The notes under the pieces are model-generated. The model was not told where the DNA came from. It saw only the letters and a list, made by a program, of their open reading frames with translations, and searched no databases. DNA of 64,000 nt from Methylococcaceae bacterium (lineage in GTDB: Bacteria > Pseudomonadota > Gammaproteobacteria > Methylococcales > Methylomonadaceae): positions 1,244 to 65,243 of the forward strand of contig DAOUSN010000004.1 in NCBI GenBank assembly GCA_030627205.1, in the 5' to 3' direction. Below are positions 40,602-49,667 of this stretch, piece by piece (positions within the stretch are counted from its first letter, which is position 1; every line of letters starts with the position of its first letter). The translations under genes and the position numbers were made by a program.

Positions 40602-41209
40602 GCGCTTTCCTCCACAGCAGTATCCTCGCCTATGATAATTTGGGTATCAGTGATATAACGATAAGGGGGAATTTCAAGGTTAGTTGGTGCGGGAACACTA
40701 CGGTAAACACGACCAGCAAGATCAAATTTAGAACCATGACAAGGACAAAAAAATCCACCTTCCCAGTCATCACCTAAATCAGGGGGAGCAACTTCGGGTC
40801 TAAAAGTAGGCGAACACCCTAAATGGGTGCATAATCCAACCGCAATAAAAATTTCAGGTTTGATTGAACGAACTGCATTTTTACTTGATTCTGGTTGAAT
40901 AGACTCATTTGAAGACGGATCTTCTAAAAAAGCATCCATGTTATCTAAGATTTTAAGCATTCGTTGCGGGCGATTAAGAATCCATACTGGTTTTCCTCGC
41001 CATGCAACTCTTAAAAGTTGACCAGATTCTAGTTTACTAATATCAACTTCAACGGGCGCACCTGCTGCCATTGCCTTACTGCTAGGCTGCATTTGTGATA
41101 AAAATGGAACTGCCAAATAACCTGTTCCTACCGCGCCCACTACGGTTAAAGCCGAGGTTAAAAACTGGCGTTTTGACGTATCTACGCCTTCATTATTCAT
41201 ATGCAACAC
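40598..41209 (-). CDS. petA: Ubiquinol-cytochrome c reductase Rieske iron-sulfur subunit
   Basis: 203 aa. Tat-like N-terminus (SKRQFL) and Rieske boxes CTHLGCSP and CPCHGSKF. Confidence 0.93.
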   Translation of the reverse strand: MLHMNNEGVDTSKRQFLTSALTVVGAVGTGYLAVPFLSQMQPSSKAMAAGAPVEVDISKLESGQLLRVAWRGKPVWILNRPQRMLKILDNMDAFLEDPSSNESIQPESSKNAVRSIKPEIFIAVGLCTHLGCSPTFRPEVAPPDLGDDWEGGFFCPCHGSKFDLAGRVYRSVPAPTNLEIPPYRYITDTQIIIGEDTAVEESA

Positions 41210-41497
41210 TCCTAAAGGTTAAGGAAATCTTTTAAATGTTATAGCTACAAAGCCTCAATATACCTTACCAACTCTTGCATTTGAAGTGGTTATTAGTAAT
41301 TTATTAAGTAAAAATAGTTTTTATGTGAAAAATAATTCCATAAATTAAAGATATTTAAAAATTTTAAATATTAATTTCAAGTATTTATAGCTAAGAAATG
41401 ACTATTTAATTAATACCCCTGCAAAATTTATATTCTAATTATTCTTAGATTTTACTTGAGAATACTGCCAGTAATGCTAGAATTCATTAGATTCTTA

Positions 41498-42001
41498 CTA
41501 ATATTTAGGCATCATAAAATAGATTAATGAGGCTAAAGAAATAATTATTATGGCTAATATTATTTTAGTAGATAAGTCAAAACCATCTAATAAAGCCCGT
41601 CCTTTAGCATCTTTACTAATATGACCTGAAAATAATAACCCACTTTCAATGATTCCCCATACTATACCAAATCCTGCAGTTAACACAGTGATAGTAATTT
41701 GTGCAATCCCTATTACATAAAATCCTAGGTATATTCTATGTACGCCGAAAGCTCCTAAAAATAACCCAAGTATCGCGGCTAACAAGCGTTTTTTAACAGG
41801 CCGGTCATTTTTAATGTATTCACCAATAAGACCGACATCACTAACCCCATCTTCTTCTTCTTCTATAAAATCAACATCATCACCAACATTAGGGGGGGTA
41901 TCAGCAGTCCAGTTATCAATATAAAATTCAAAGAATTTATCATTTGCTTTAATAACACCTGTTTGTCTATCATTATCGTAACTTTCTATATGACCAAGCA
42001 T
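41498..42001 (-). CDS. TM2 domain membrane protein with an N-terminal cold-shock/OB-like module
   Basis: 167 aa. N-terminus GHIESYDNDRQTGVIKANDKFFEFYI...GDDVDF is CSD-like. TM2 core LGLFLGAFGVHRIYLG...GIVWGIIE. Confidence 0.7.
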   Translation of the reverse strand: MLGHIESYDNDRQTGVIKANDKFFEFYIDNWTADTPPNVGDDVDFIEEEEDGVSDVGLIGEYIKNDRPVKKRLLAAILGLFLGAFGVHRIYLGFYVIGIAQITITVLTAGFGIVWGIIESGLLFSGHISKDAKGRALLDGFDLSTKIILAIIIISLASLIYFMMPKY

Positions 42002-42032
42002 TGTATTCTCCTTAGTTATTCACAGGTTTATT

Positions 42033-43073
42033 TTATTTTAATTTAATTTGTGCCTGTTCAAATGTTGCCATTTCATTATGTAATTTACAGGCCATTTGTA
42101 ATAATGGAACGGCAACCACTGCTCCACTAGCCTCACCTAAACGCATTGATAAATCTAATAATGGTTTCGCGTTTAATTCCTCTAAAATAAATTGATGCCC
42201 TTGTTCACCTGACTGATGCGCGTAAAAAAACCACCTCCTAACTTTAGGATTAACTTTGATAGCCACTAAAGCCGCTATGGTTGCAATAAACCCGTCAATA
42301 AGAACTGGAAGTTGTTTTTGAGATGCAAAAATATACGCACCAACTAAAGCTGCAATTTCAGCGCCACCTAAGAATTGTAATATTTCAAGAGGAGTTGTTA
42401 AATTTTTTCGATGCTTAAGTAAAGCTTGTTTTATTAAATTAGTTTTATGCTTTATTGCCTCTTCGGTTAATCCAGTTCCAGAACCTGTTAAAACTTTTGG
42501 ATTTTGATTTAATAATGCACAGGCGATAGCGGTTGCACTAGTCGTGTTGCCAATCCCCATTTCACCACCAACAAATAATTGAGATTTTTTTGATACTGCC
42601 CGAGTTACCGCATTTTTACCAGCATTTAACGCGTGTTCTAATTGATCTATATTCATAGCAGGGCGATTTAAAAAGTTTGCAGTACCTTGAGATAATTTAT
42701 CAACAATCAATTTAGGTAAATCAAGCGTTTGTGATAGACCAACATCAATAACTTCAAAATGTGCGTGAATAAATTTAGATAAAACATTAACCGCAGCTCC
42801 ACCCTCAGTAAAGTTTCTAACCATGTCAACAGTAACCGTTTGTGGAAATGCTGAAACATTTTCAGTAGTAATACCATGATCTGCTGCAAACACTGATACC
42901 CAGATGCGGTTCAAAACAGGATGTATTGTTTTTTGCATTCCTGCAAGAGCTATGACAATATCTTCTAATTGTCCTAATGAACCTTGAGGCTTCGATAGTT
43001 TTTTTTGATGCTGTCTTGCTAAAGATGCAAAATGTACATCAGGATTTTCAATAGGATCATATAACCATTCCAT
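42033..43073 (-). CDS. cobT: Nicotinate-nucleotide--dimethylbenzimidazole phosphoribosyltransferase
   Basis: 346 aa. KPQGSLGQLE and GEMGIGNTTSATA motifs. Confidence 0.92.
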   Translation of the reverse strand: MEWLYDPIENPDVHFASLARQHQKKLSKPQGSLGQLEDIVIALAGMQKTIHPVLNRIWVSVFAADHGITTENVSAFPQTVTVDMVRNFTEGGAAVNVLSKFIHAHFEVIDVGLSQTLDLPKLIVDKLSQGTANFLNRPAMNIDQLEHALNAGKNAVTRAVSKKSQLFVGGEMGIGNTTSATAIACALLNQNPKVLTGSGTGLTEEAIKHKTNLIKQALLKHRKNLTTPLEILQFLGGAEIAALVGAYIFASQKQLPVLIDGFIATIAALVAIKVNPKVRRWFFYAHQSGEQGHQFILEELNAKPLLDLSMRLGEASGAVVAVPLLQMACKLHNEMATFEQAQIKLK

Positions 43074-43074
43074 T

Positions 43075-43596
43075 TTATTTTAATACCTGTGCTAAACCTG
43101 CAGTGACTAAAATAACTTGATTACAACGTTGTGCCAATTGTTGATGCAATTGTCCTGCCTCGTCAACAAAACGCCGTGACATTTTATCTATAGAGATAAT
43201 GCCATAGCCTACTTGATTGGAAACTAAAATTACGTCAGCTTTTATATTAGTAATACAGGCTAATAATTCATCTTTTTGTTGTTTAAAAATCATTTCTTGT
43301 AATCCACCTGTTTGATTAAATAAACAATTACTCAACCATAAAGTTAAGCAATCAACTAATAAGCAATTCCTTTCTTGACCATGTGTTATTAATAGGGATG
43401 CCAATTTAATTGGTTCTTCTAAAGTCTGCCATGTAGATGGACGTTGCTGTTGGTGTAGCTTAATACGCTGCTGCATTTCATTATCTAAAGCTTGTGCGGT
43501 GGCAATATAAAAAATATTTTTTTTTGAATTTTTAGCCAATTGTTCCGCATAATGACTTTTACCTGAACGTACTCCCCCTAGAACTAATCTAGTCAT
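43075..43596 (-). CDS. cobU: Adenosylcobinamide kinase / adenosylcobinamide-phosphate guanylyltransferase
   Basis: 173 aa with P-loop GGVRSGKS. Adjacent to cobT. Confidence 0.9.
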   Translation of the reverse strand: MTRLVLGGVRSGKSHYAEQLAKNSKKNIFYIATAQALDNEMQQRIKLHQQQRPSTWQTLEEPIKLASLLITHGQERNCLLVDCLTLWLSNCLFNQTGGLQEMIFKQQKDELLACITNIKADVILVSNQVGYGIISIDKMSRRFVDEAGQLHQQLAQRCNQVILVTAGLAQVLK

Positions 43597-44029
43597 GATT
43601 AATTCTAACCGCTAATACATCACAACGGGCATGGTGCAACACCGCATTAGCAGTTGAACCTAATAATAATCGTAATCCATGACGACCATGAGAGCCCATC
43701 ACAATTAAATCAATTGAATTTTCTTTAGCAACTCGAACAATTTCATCACTAGAGCGACCTATTTCTACCCATCGTTGCTGACAGGAAAGCTGTAAATCCT
43801 GATTTAATTTTTTTAATTTCTTTTTACCAGTGTCGATTAAAAGCTCATTTAGACTAGTATAAGGTAATTCGACATCATAATTTAAACTAATCAGTGACGC
43901 GCTATCAACAATATGTAATAAGCTTAATGTTGCTTGATTGTCATTTGCCAGTTTTTGGGCTTTTAAAGCAATTGTTTCAGTATGTTCAGAAAAATCAACG
44001 GCTAATAGGATATGTTGATAATGGTGCAT
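43589..44029 (-). CDS. Universal stress protein (UspA family)
   Basis: 146 aa. ILLAVDFS N-terminus and GSHGRHGL...GSTAN ATP-binding-type motif. Overlaps cobU by 8 nt. Confidence 0.85.
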   Translation of the reverse strand: MHHYQHILLAVDFSEHTETIALKAQKLANDNQATLSLLHIVDSASLISLNYDVELPYTSLNELLIDTGKKKLKKLNQDLQLSCQQRWVEIGRSSDEIVRVAKENSIDLIVMGSHGRHGLRLLLGSTANAVLHHARCDVLAVRINHD

Positions 44030-44233
44030 TATGCTTTCCTAAAATTATTTAGAGACTATAATAAAGTTAAACTATTAATAAAATTATTATAACAAAAAAA
44101 GGCATCCTTCATATTCCTAAAAAGTAGTTGACCGTTTATAATAAAATTTTTGACAATAGAACACTGCAACCAGCAAGAAAAATGATTTTTTAAGAAAAGC
44201 ATCTTAATTTAAATCACTTTTATACAAGTATCA

Positions 44234-44391
44234 TTTATCAATACTTCGGACAGTTTTAAAAAGATAGCCGTCTTGATTCTATAAAGGATTGATTTTAAAG
44301 AGTTTTATAGTTACGAAACGTGTTGGTAAACTATTTTCAAATCAATGGGTTACAAAAACTGTCCGAACTATTGATTTATCAATGACGGCTA
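44234..44391. repeat. Composite inverted/direct repeat in the usp-cobU-cobT upstream region
   Basis: ATCAATACTTCGGACAGTTTT (44237..44257) and AAAACTGTCCGAACTATTGAT (44355..44375) form a 20/21 inverted repeat with a 97-nt spacer. A second pair is TAGCCGTC (44265..44272) / GACGGCTA (44384..44391). There is also a 9-nt direct repeat TTTATCAAT at 44234 and 44375. Confidence 0.7.
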
Positions 44392-44484
44392 GATATTGAG
44401 TTATAGATAATCAAATATACACGGCTATAATTTTTCTTCGATGAAAACCTGCGTATCTAGGACGAGCGTTAAATGTATTATTAT

Positions 44485-45066
44485 TTAAATAGAGACAAGT
44501 ACTGACGAGATTATATCAAAATAACTATTGAGTAAGTTTGTTAGAGATTGATAATAAAAATCTTTCATTGCCTCTATAGGCTGCTCAATTAATAAGTTAA
44601 TGATTTCATCGGCTTTATTCGTCAGGTTATTTAAAATAATTGACGATACATCTAAGGCTTTATCAAGATAAGTGCTTAAGGATTGATTAAACTCAGTAAA
44701 GGCTTCTACTGTTATTTTTTCAGGGTTATCTAAAAACATTTGAAATGATTGATACGATTGTAGACCATAATCTGTAATGCTAATCATTATCTTATCATAA
44801 TCGTCTTTGATAGCAGGTAATATATTATCATTAACAATAACATACAGTTGGTTGCTTTTTTCCACCGCTTCGGTTTGCCATCGCGTTGCGGTTTCTACTG
44901 GTTGTTCATAAATTTCTAAGCCCATCTCAGATACTTTCGCATGAAAATCTATGGCTGATTCTTTTACTTGTGTAAATAACACACTAGCTTGTTCACTAAG
45001 TTGTATATAAAGTTGTTGAGTAGGGGCGATAACTTTTGCTTGGTAATCTAAATCTTTGATACTCAT
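44485..45066 (-). CDS. Hypothetical acidic, predicted all-helical protein
   Basis: 193-aa ORF with no recognisable motif, signal peptide or TM segment. Coding status rests only on ORF length and the absence of a competing frame. Confidence 0.45.
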   Translation of the reverse strand: MSIKDLDYQAKVIAPTQQLYIQLSEQASVLFTQVKESAIDFHAKVSEMGLEIYEQPVETATRWQTEAVEKSNQLYVIVNDNILPAIKDDYDKIMISITDYGLQSYQSFQMFLDNPEKITVEAFTEFNQSLSTYLDKALDVSSIILNNLTNKADEIINLLIEQPIEAMKDFYYQSLTNLLNSYFDIISSVLVSI

Positions 45067-45253
45067 ATGAGTGCACCTTAATATTATACGGTTATGATGA
45101 TAATTATATAAATAGTTTAGTGATAATCTTTATAAAGTGGAATGTGACATTTTGTCGCACAGAATTTTATCGTTTAAAATTCAATAAATAAGCAACCTAT
45201 CGTTAGCCTTTAAATCCGCGTACAATGAGTAATTTTATTAGTGACCTTCATTA

Positions 45254-46192
45254 ATGCGTGTAATTAGAGGATTAACCGACCTAAAGCCATTAAAAAAAGG
45301 CTGTGTTCTTACTATTGGTAATTTTGATGGCTTACATTTAGGGCATCAAGTGGTTATTGATAAACTAGTTAAGCAAGGACAACGCTTAACCCTTCCTGTC
45401 GTCGTTCTTATTTTTGAACCCCAGCCGTTAGAATATTTTTTAGGGGATAACGCCCCTTCACGTTTGATGCGGTTGCGTGAAAAAGTACTGCAATTTACAC
45501 AATTACCGATTGATGATTTATTAATCCTCCCCTTTAATCGTCGTCTCGCTGACTATGATGCCCATACTTTTATTCAAACGTTACTGGTTGAAACGCTTAA
45601 TGTTAAGTATTTAGTGATTGGGGATGACTTTCATTTTGGTAAAGCTCGACAAGGTAATTTTGCGTTACTTAAAGAAAAAGGCCGTGAATTAGGATTTGAA
45701 GTTGAAAATACACAGCCTTATCAACAAGTCGGAATGCGTATTAGTAGCACTCTAATCAGAGATACGTTAGGGAAAGGCGATCTAAAACTTGCTAAACAAT
45801 TATTAGGGCGTGATTATTCTATTTGTGGTCGAATTGTGCATGGTCATAAACGAGGGCGAACAATAGGTTTTCCTACGGCAAATATTGCGTTATTTAGAAA
45901 AAATACGCCTATTAGTGGTGTATTTGCTATCACCTTATCAGGTATCGGTGAAAATGAAATTCAAGGGATTGCTAATGTAGGAACGCGTCCGACGATTAAT
46001 GGTGGGTCGAAAATTATTTTAGAAACCCATTTATTTGATTTTAATCAAGAAATATATGGTGCTTATGTGAACGTACATTTTAAGAAAAAGATTAGAAATG
46101 AACAACGTTTTGAATCGCTAAATCACCTTAAACAACAAATTAAACACGATGTGATACGCGTTAAACAATTTTTTGAGAATAGTGATGATTAG
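45254..46192 (+). CDS. ribF: Bifunctional riboflavin kinase / FMN adenylyltransferase
   Basis: 312 aa. GNFDGLHLGHQ, and a riboflavin kinase C-terminal half (GFPTANI). Confidence 0.95.
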   Translation: MRVIRGLTDLKPLKKGCVLTIGNFDGLHLGHQVVIDKLVKQGQRLTLPVVVLIFEPQPLEYFLGDNAPSRLMRLREKVLQFTQLPIDDLLILPFNRRLADYDAHTFIQTLLVETLNVKYLVIGDDFHFGKARQGNFALLKEKGRELGFEVENTQPYQQVGMRISSTLIRDTLGKGDLKLAKQLLGRDYSICGRIVHGHKRGRTIGFPTANIALFRKNTPISGVFAITLSGIGENEIQGIANVGTRPTINGGSKIILETHLFDFNQEIYGAYVNVHFKKKIRNEQRFESLNHLKQQIKHDVIRVKQFFENSDD

Positions 46193-46568
46193 AGTCGTTG
46201 ATTTTATTGGGCTGGTTCTTTATTGTAGCTTGATTTTTTGGCTATCAAGTCAGCCCGTACTTCCTGTGCCGATGTTATTTTCCCATCAAGATAAACTGCA
46301 TCATGCAACCGCCTATTTTATTATGGCAATTTTAGCATGGCGTAACATTCAGCATTTTACCCGTCACTCATCTTTGATTATTATCATCAGTATCATTTTT
46401 TGTAGCCTTTATGGCCTAACCGATGAATGGCATCAATCATTTATTCAAGGTCGTCAAGCCGATGTAAACGATTGGATTGCTGATACTTTAGGGGCTTCAT
46501 TAGCAATGCTCATACTGTATAAACTCTTTATGGGTAAAAAGTCACGATTGAATAATATCTACCAGTAA
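46173..46568 (+). CDS. VanZ family membrane protein
   Basis: 131 aa. DKLHHATAYF and TDEWHQSFIQGRQADVNDWIADTLG blocks. The start may be the downstream Met at 46185. Confidence 0.75.
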   Translation: MRIVMIRVVDFIGLVLYCSLIFWLSSQPVLPVPMLFSHQDKLHHATAYFIMAILAWRNIQHFTRHSSLIIIISIIFCSLYGLTDEWHQSFIQGRQADVNDWIADTLGASLAMLILYKLFMGKKSRLNNIYQ

Positions 46569-47507
46569 ATCAACATGACTATGGGTATTATTAAGGGCGG
46601 CAATATAATGATAGTTTATTCCTCCTGCCTCCATAAAAATAGCTTTATTTGTCATCGCAATTTCTTCTAAAGTTTCGAGACAATCGACCGAAAAACCGGG
46701 ACACACTATGTCAATCGTTTTAACTCCTTGCAAAGGTAACGAAGCTAATACTTCAACGCAATAAGGTTTTAACCATTCGGCTTTACCAAAACGTGATTGA
46801 AAAACTAATTGCCATTCTGATGACTTTAAACCTAATTCATCGGCAATTAATTGCGCGCTAATTTCACACTGATGAAAATAAGGATCACCCCAGTCGGTTA
46901 ATTTTTTGGGCAATCCATGGAAAGACATTAGTAATATATCGCTTCGCTGTTGTGTCCATGCTTGTTGTATTGAAGCCGCAATCGCTTTAATATAAAGCGG
47001 GTGTTGATGATAATCACTGATAAAACGTAACGAAGGTAAATACCACCACCCATTTAAAATACGAGTGATCTCATCATAAACTGAGGCCGTTGTGGTTGAT
47101 GAATATTGGGGATATAAAGGAATAACGACGATTTCATCATATCCCTGTTGCTTAAAAATCGTTAATTTTTTTTCAATTGAGGGTTCGCCATAACGCATCG
47201 CATAATCAACTGTCATGTTTTTATTTCTTAAAACCGTCGCCGTTTTTTTAGCTAAGAAATGCGTACCTAAAACCAGCGGAGAGCCTTTAGGTCGCCAAAT
47301 TTTTTGATACGCTTTCGCCGATTTTTGAGGTCTAAAAGGCAACACCACTAACCGTAAAATAAACCACCATAAAAGTCGGGGTAAATTCACCACCCGACGA
47401 TCACTTAAAAACTGCTTTAAATAGCGTCGGACATCCGAAGTTTTTGTTGATGCGGGTGACCCTAGATTAACCAGCAACACCCCTATTTTAGACGAGTTTC
47501 GCTTCAT
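46542..47507 (-). CDS. hemH: Ferrochelatase
   Basis: 321 aa. GVLLVNLGSP, PLYPQYSSTTT and SFHGLP motifs. Confidence 0.93.
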   Translation of the reverse strand: MKRNSSKIGVLLVNLGSPASTKTSDVRRYLKQFLSDRRVVNLPRLLWWFILRLVVLPFRPQKSAKAYQKIWRPKGSPLVLGTHFLAKKTATVLRNKNMTVDYAMRYGEPSIEKKLTIFKQQGYDEIVVIPLYPQYSSTTTASVYDEITRILNGWWYLPSLRFISDYHQHPLYIKAIAASIQQAWTQQRSDILLMSFHGLPKKLTDWGDPYFHQCEISAQLIADELGLKSSEWQLVFQSRFGKAEWLKPYCVEVLASLPLQGVKTIDIVCPGFSVDCLETLEEIAMTNKAIFMEAGGINYHYIAALNNTHSHVDLLVDIIQS

Positions 47508-47509
47508 TA

Positions 47510-48052
47510 TTAACGATGGATTAACGTTAAAAATTCAGAACGGGTGCTAATTTCTTCCCTAAAAACGCCTGTCATTACTGAGGTTGTCATCACGGAGTTT
47601 TGTTTTTCAACACCCCGCATCATCATACATAAATGTTTAGCCTCAATCACTACCGCAACACCCCGTGCATTAGTTACTTGCTCAATTGCATTAGCTATTT
47701 CTTTGGTTAATTTCTCTTGAATTTGTAAACGACGTGCGTACATATCGACAACACGTGCCATTTTTGACAAGCCGATAACTTTACCATTGGGTAAATAACC
47801 AATATGACATTTACCAATAAAAGGCAGTAAATGATGCTCACACAATGAATAAAGTTCTATGTCCTTTACAATCACCATATCCTCTGTATCTGCTTGAAAA
47901 ATAGCATTATTTATAACTTGATCTAATGTTTTTTCATAGCCATTGTTTAAAAATTTAAAAGCTTTTGCTGCACGTTTTGGTGTATCAATTAAACCCTCAC
48001 GATTAACATCTTCACCAACCGCTTCAATAATTTTGGAAAAATACGTTTCCAT
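47510..48052 (-). CDS. folE: GTP cyclohydrolase I
   Basis: 180 aa. CEHHLLPF and LQIQEKLT motifs. Confidence 0.95.
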   Translation of the reverse strand: METYFSKIIEAVGEDVNREGLIDTPKRAAKAFKFLNNGYEKTLDQVINNAIFQADTEDMVIVKDIELYSLCEHHLLPFIGKCHIGYLPNGKVIGLSKMARVVDMYARRLQIQEKLTKEIANAIEQVTNARGVAVVIEAKHLCMMMRGVEKQNSVMTTSVMTGVFREEISTRSEFLTLIHR

Positions 48053-48095
48053 AACATCCTCAAGAAATAAAAATAATCCGCTTAGTATAACATTA

Positions 48096-49064
48096 TCAAC
48101 GGGTAAATTTTAATGCCTCTCGCAGGACTTGTTCATTAGCCTCGCTTTGCGTTCCTTTTTCACTTAAATAACGCCGCCAGTTTTTAGCGCCCTTTTCGCC
48201 ATGAAATAAACCTAAAATATGCCGTGAAATACTATGAAGACGAACCCCTTGTTTTAATTGTTGTTGTATATAAGGGATTAACGCTTCAACAATTTCTTCG
48301 CGGGTTTTAGGGTTTTTAGCTTGCCTAAAAATAACCGTATCAACCTCGGTTAATAAAAACGGTTGTTGATAAATTTCTCGTCCCAACATCACCCCATCAA
48401 TATGCTCAAGATGATGGTTCGCCCTGTCTAATTGAGTGATTCCCCCATTCAAAATAATTTCTAAATGGGGAAAATCCTGTTTAAGTTGGTAAACAATATC
48501 ATAACGTAAAGGGGGAATATTTCGGTTTTGTTTCGGTGATAACCCTTGTAACCAAGCTTTACGGGCGTGAATAATAAAGGTTTTACAACCTACATTACTC
48601 ACTGTTTCAATAAAGTATTGTAGGGCTTCATACGAATCTTGGTTATCAATTCCAATTCTCGATTTTACGGTAATAGGAATAGCAACGGCTTGCTGCATGG
48701 CGGCAACACATTCAGCGACTAAGTGGGGTTTCGCCATTAAACATGCACCAAATAAACCATTCTGAACCCGATCACTAGGGCAACCCACATTAAGATTAAT
48801 TTCATCATAGCCGTAGTCTTCTCCCATTTTGGCACAACGGGCTAAGTCAATAGGATTAGACCCACCCAATTGCAAAGCTAACGGAGATTCCTCAAAATTA
48901 AACTGTAAATGGCGATGATAATTACCCTGAATTAATGCTCCTGTCGTAACCATTTCAGTATATAACAGGGTTTGTTTAGACATCAATCGATAAAAAAAAC
49001 GACAATGGCGATCCGTCCAATCAAGCATTGGAGCTACTGAAAATAATCTATTTATTTTATTCAT
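48096..49064 (-). CDS. dusA: tRNA-dihydrouridine(20/20a) synthase
   Basis: 322 aa. [14 protein letters not shown] motif specific to DusA. Confidence 0.93.
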   Translation of the reverse strand: MNKINRLFSVAPMLDWTDRHCRFFYRLMSKQTLLYTEMVTTGALIQGNYHRHLQFNFEESPLALQLGGSNPIDLARCAKMGEDYGYDEINLNVGCPSDRVQNGLFGACLMAKPHLVAECVAAMQQAVAIPITVKSRIGIDNQDSYEALQYFIETVSNVGCKTFIIHARKAWLQGLSPKQNRNIPPLRYDIVYQLKQDFPHLEIILNGGITQLDRANHHLEHIDGVMLGREIYQQPFLLTEVDTVIFRQAKNPKTREEIVEALIPYIQQQLKQGVRLHSISRHILGLFHGEKGAKNWRRYLSEKGTQSEANEQVLREALKFTR

Positions 49065-49171
49065 ACATACTCTATAAATTTATGTTGTCATTGGCTTAAT
49101 AATGTTAAAGTTAACAAGGTCAATTATATAAAAAAATTGACTAATTATAATAATTATTGGGAGAGAAATAG

Positions 49172-49519
49172 ATGAAACTTAAATTATTAATCTTATCAGC
49201 CGCATTATCTTTTTTTACCGTAAACAGTTTTGCCGCAAGTGTTGATGAATGGGTTTTTAAAGAAGTAACTGGGAATTTAAAATCTAATCCGGGTTGTTTA
49301 ACCAAAGAAAAAGCCCATAAAAAAGCTATAAAACCTTATCGTTTTAAAAAATATACCAATTTACTTTGTAATGATATTGGTTATGGCTGGAGCTTGGATA
49401 AAGTATTAGACAAAGGTAAAGTTGATTGTGATGAGTGCGGTGGTGATTTTGAAGGTTTTTATCGCTGTCGCGCTGAAAATGTTAAAGTTCAATGCAAACA
49501 AGTTAAACGAAGCTGGTAG
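49172..49519 (+). CDS. Small secreted cysteine-rich protein, unknown function
   Basis: 115 aa. Signal peptide (cleavage near SFA-AS) and 7 Cys in the mature part, including CDECGG. GGAG-like RBS (gggagag) upstream. Confidence 0.55.
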   Translation: MKLKLLILSAALSFFTVNSFAASVDEWVFKEVTGNLKSNPGCLTKEKAHKKAIKPYRFKKYTNLLCNDIGYGWSLDKVLDKGKVDCDECGGDFEGFYRCRAENVKVQCKQVKRSW

Positions 49520-49560
49520 TTTGTAAGTGATTTAAATAAATCTAAAAATACACTTTAAAG

Positions 49561-49604
49561 GCTCTATTTTGAAGCGACCAAGGTCTTCAAGGTAGAGCTA
49601 TTTA
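49561..49604 (+). terminator. Putative terminator hairpin after the Cys-rich protein gene
   Basis: GCTCTATTTTGAAG (49561..49574) pairs with CTTCAAGGTAGAGC (49585..49598), 12/14. Only a short T-rich tail follows. Confidence 0.4.
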
Positions 49605-49667
49605 ACTGTTAATGACAAAAGAGTACAATTGTTCGATGCGTAATTGTATTTTATTAAGGATTAAAAG

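Noticed and set aside
44030-44484. Expected a cobalamin riboswitch upstream of the usp-cobU-cobT operon
   Set aside because: Reading the minus strand, I found no B12-box-like element and none of the GC-rich conserved core segments. The region is very AT-rich. A covariance-model scan would be the decisive test.
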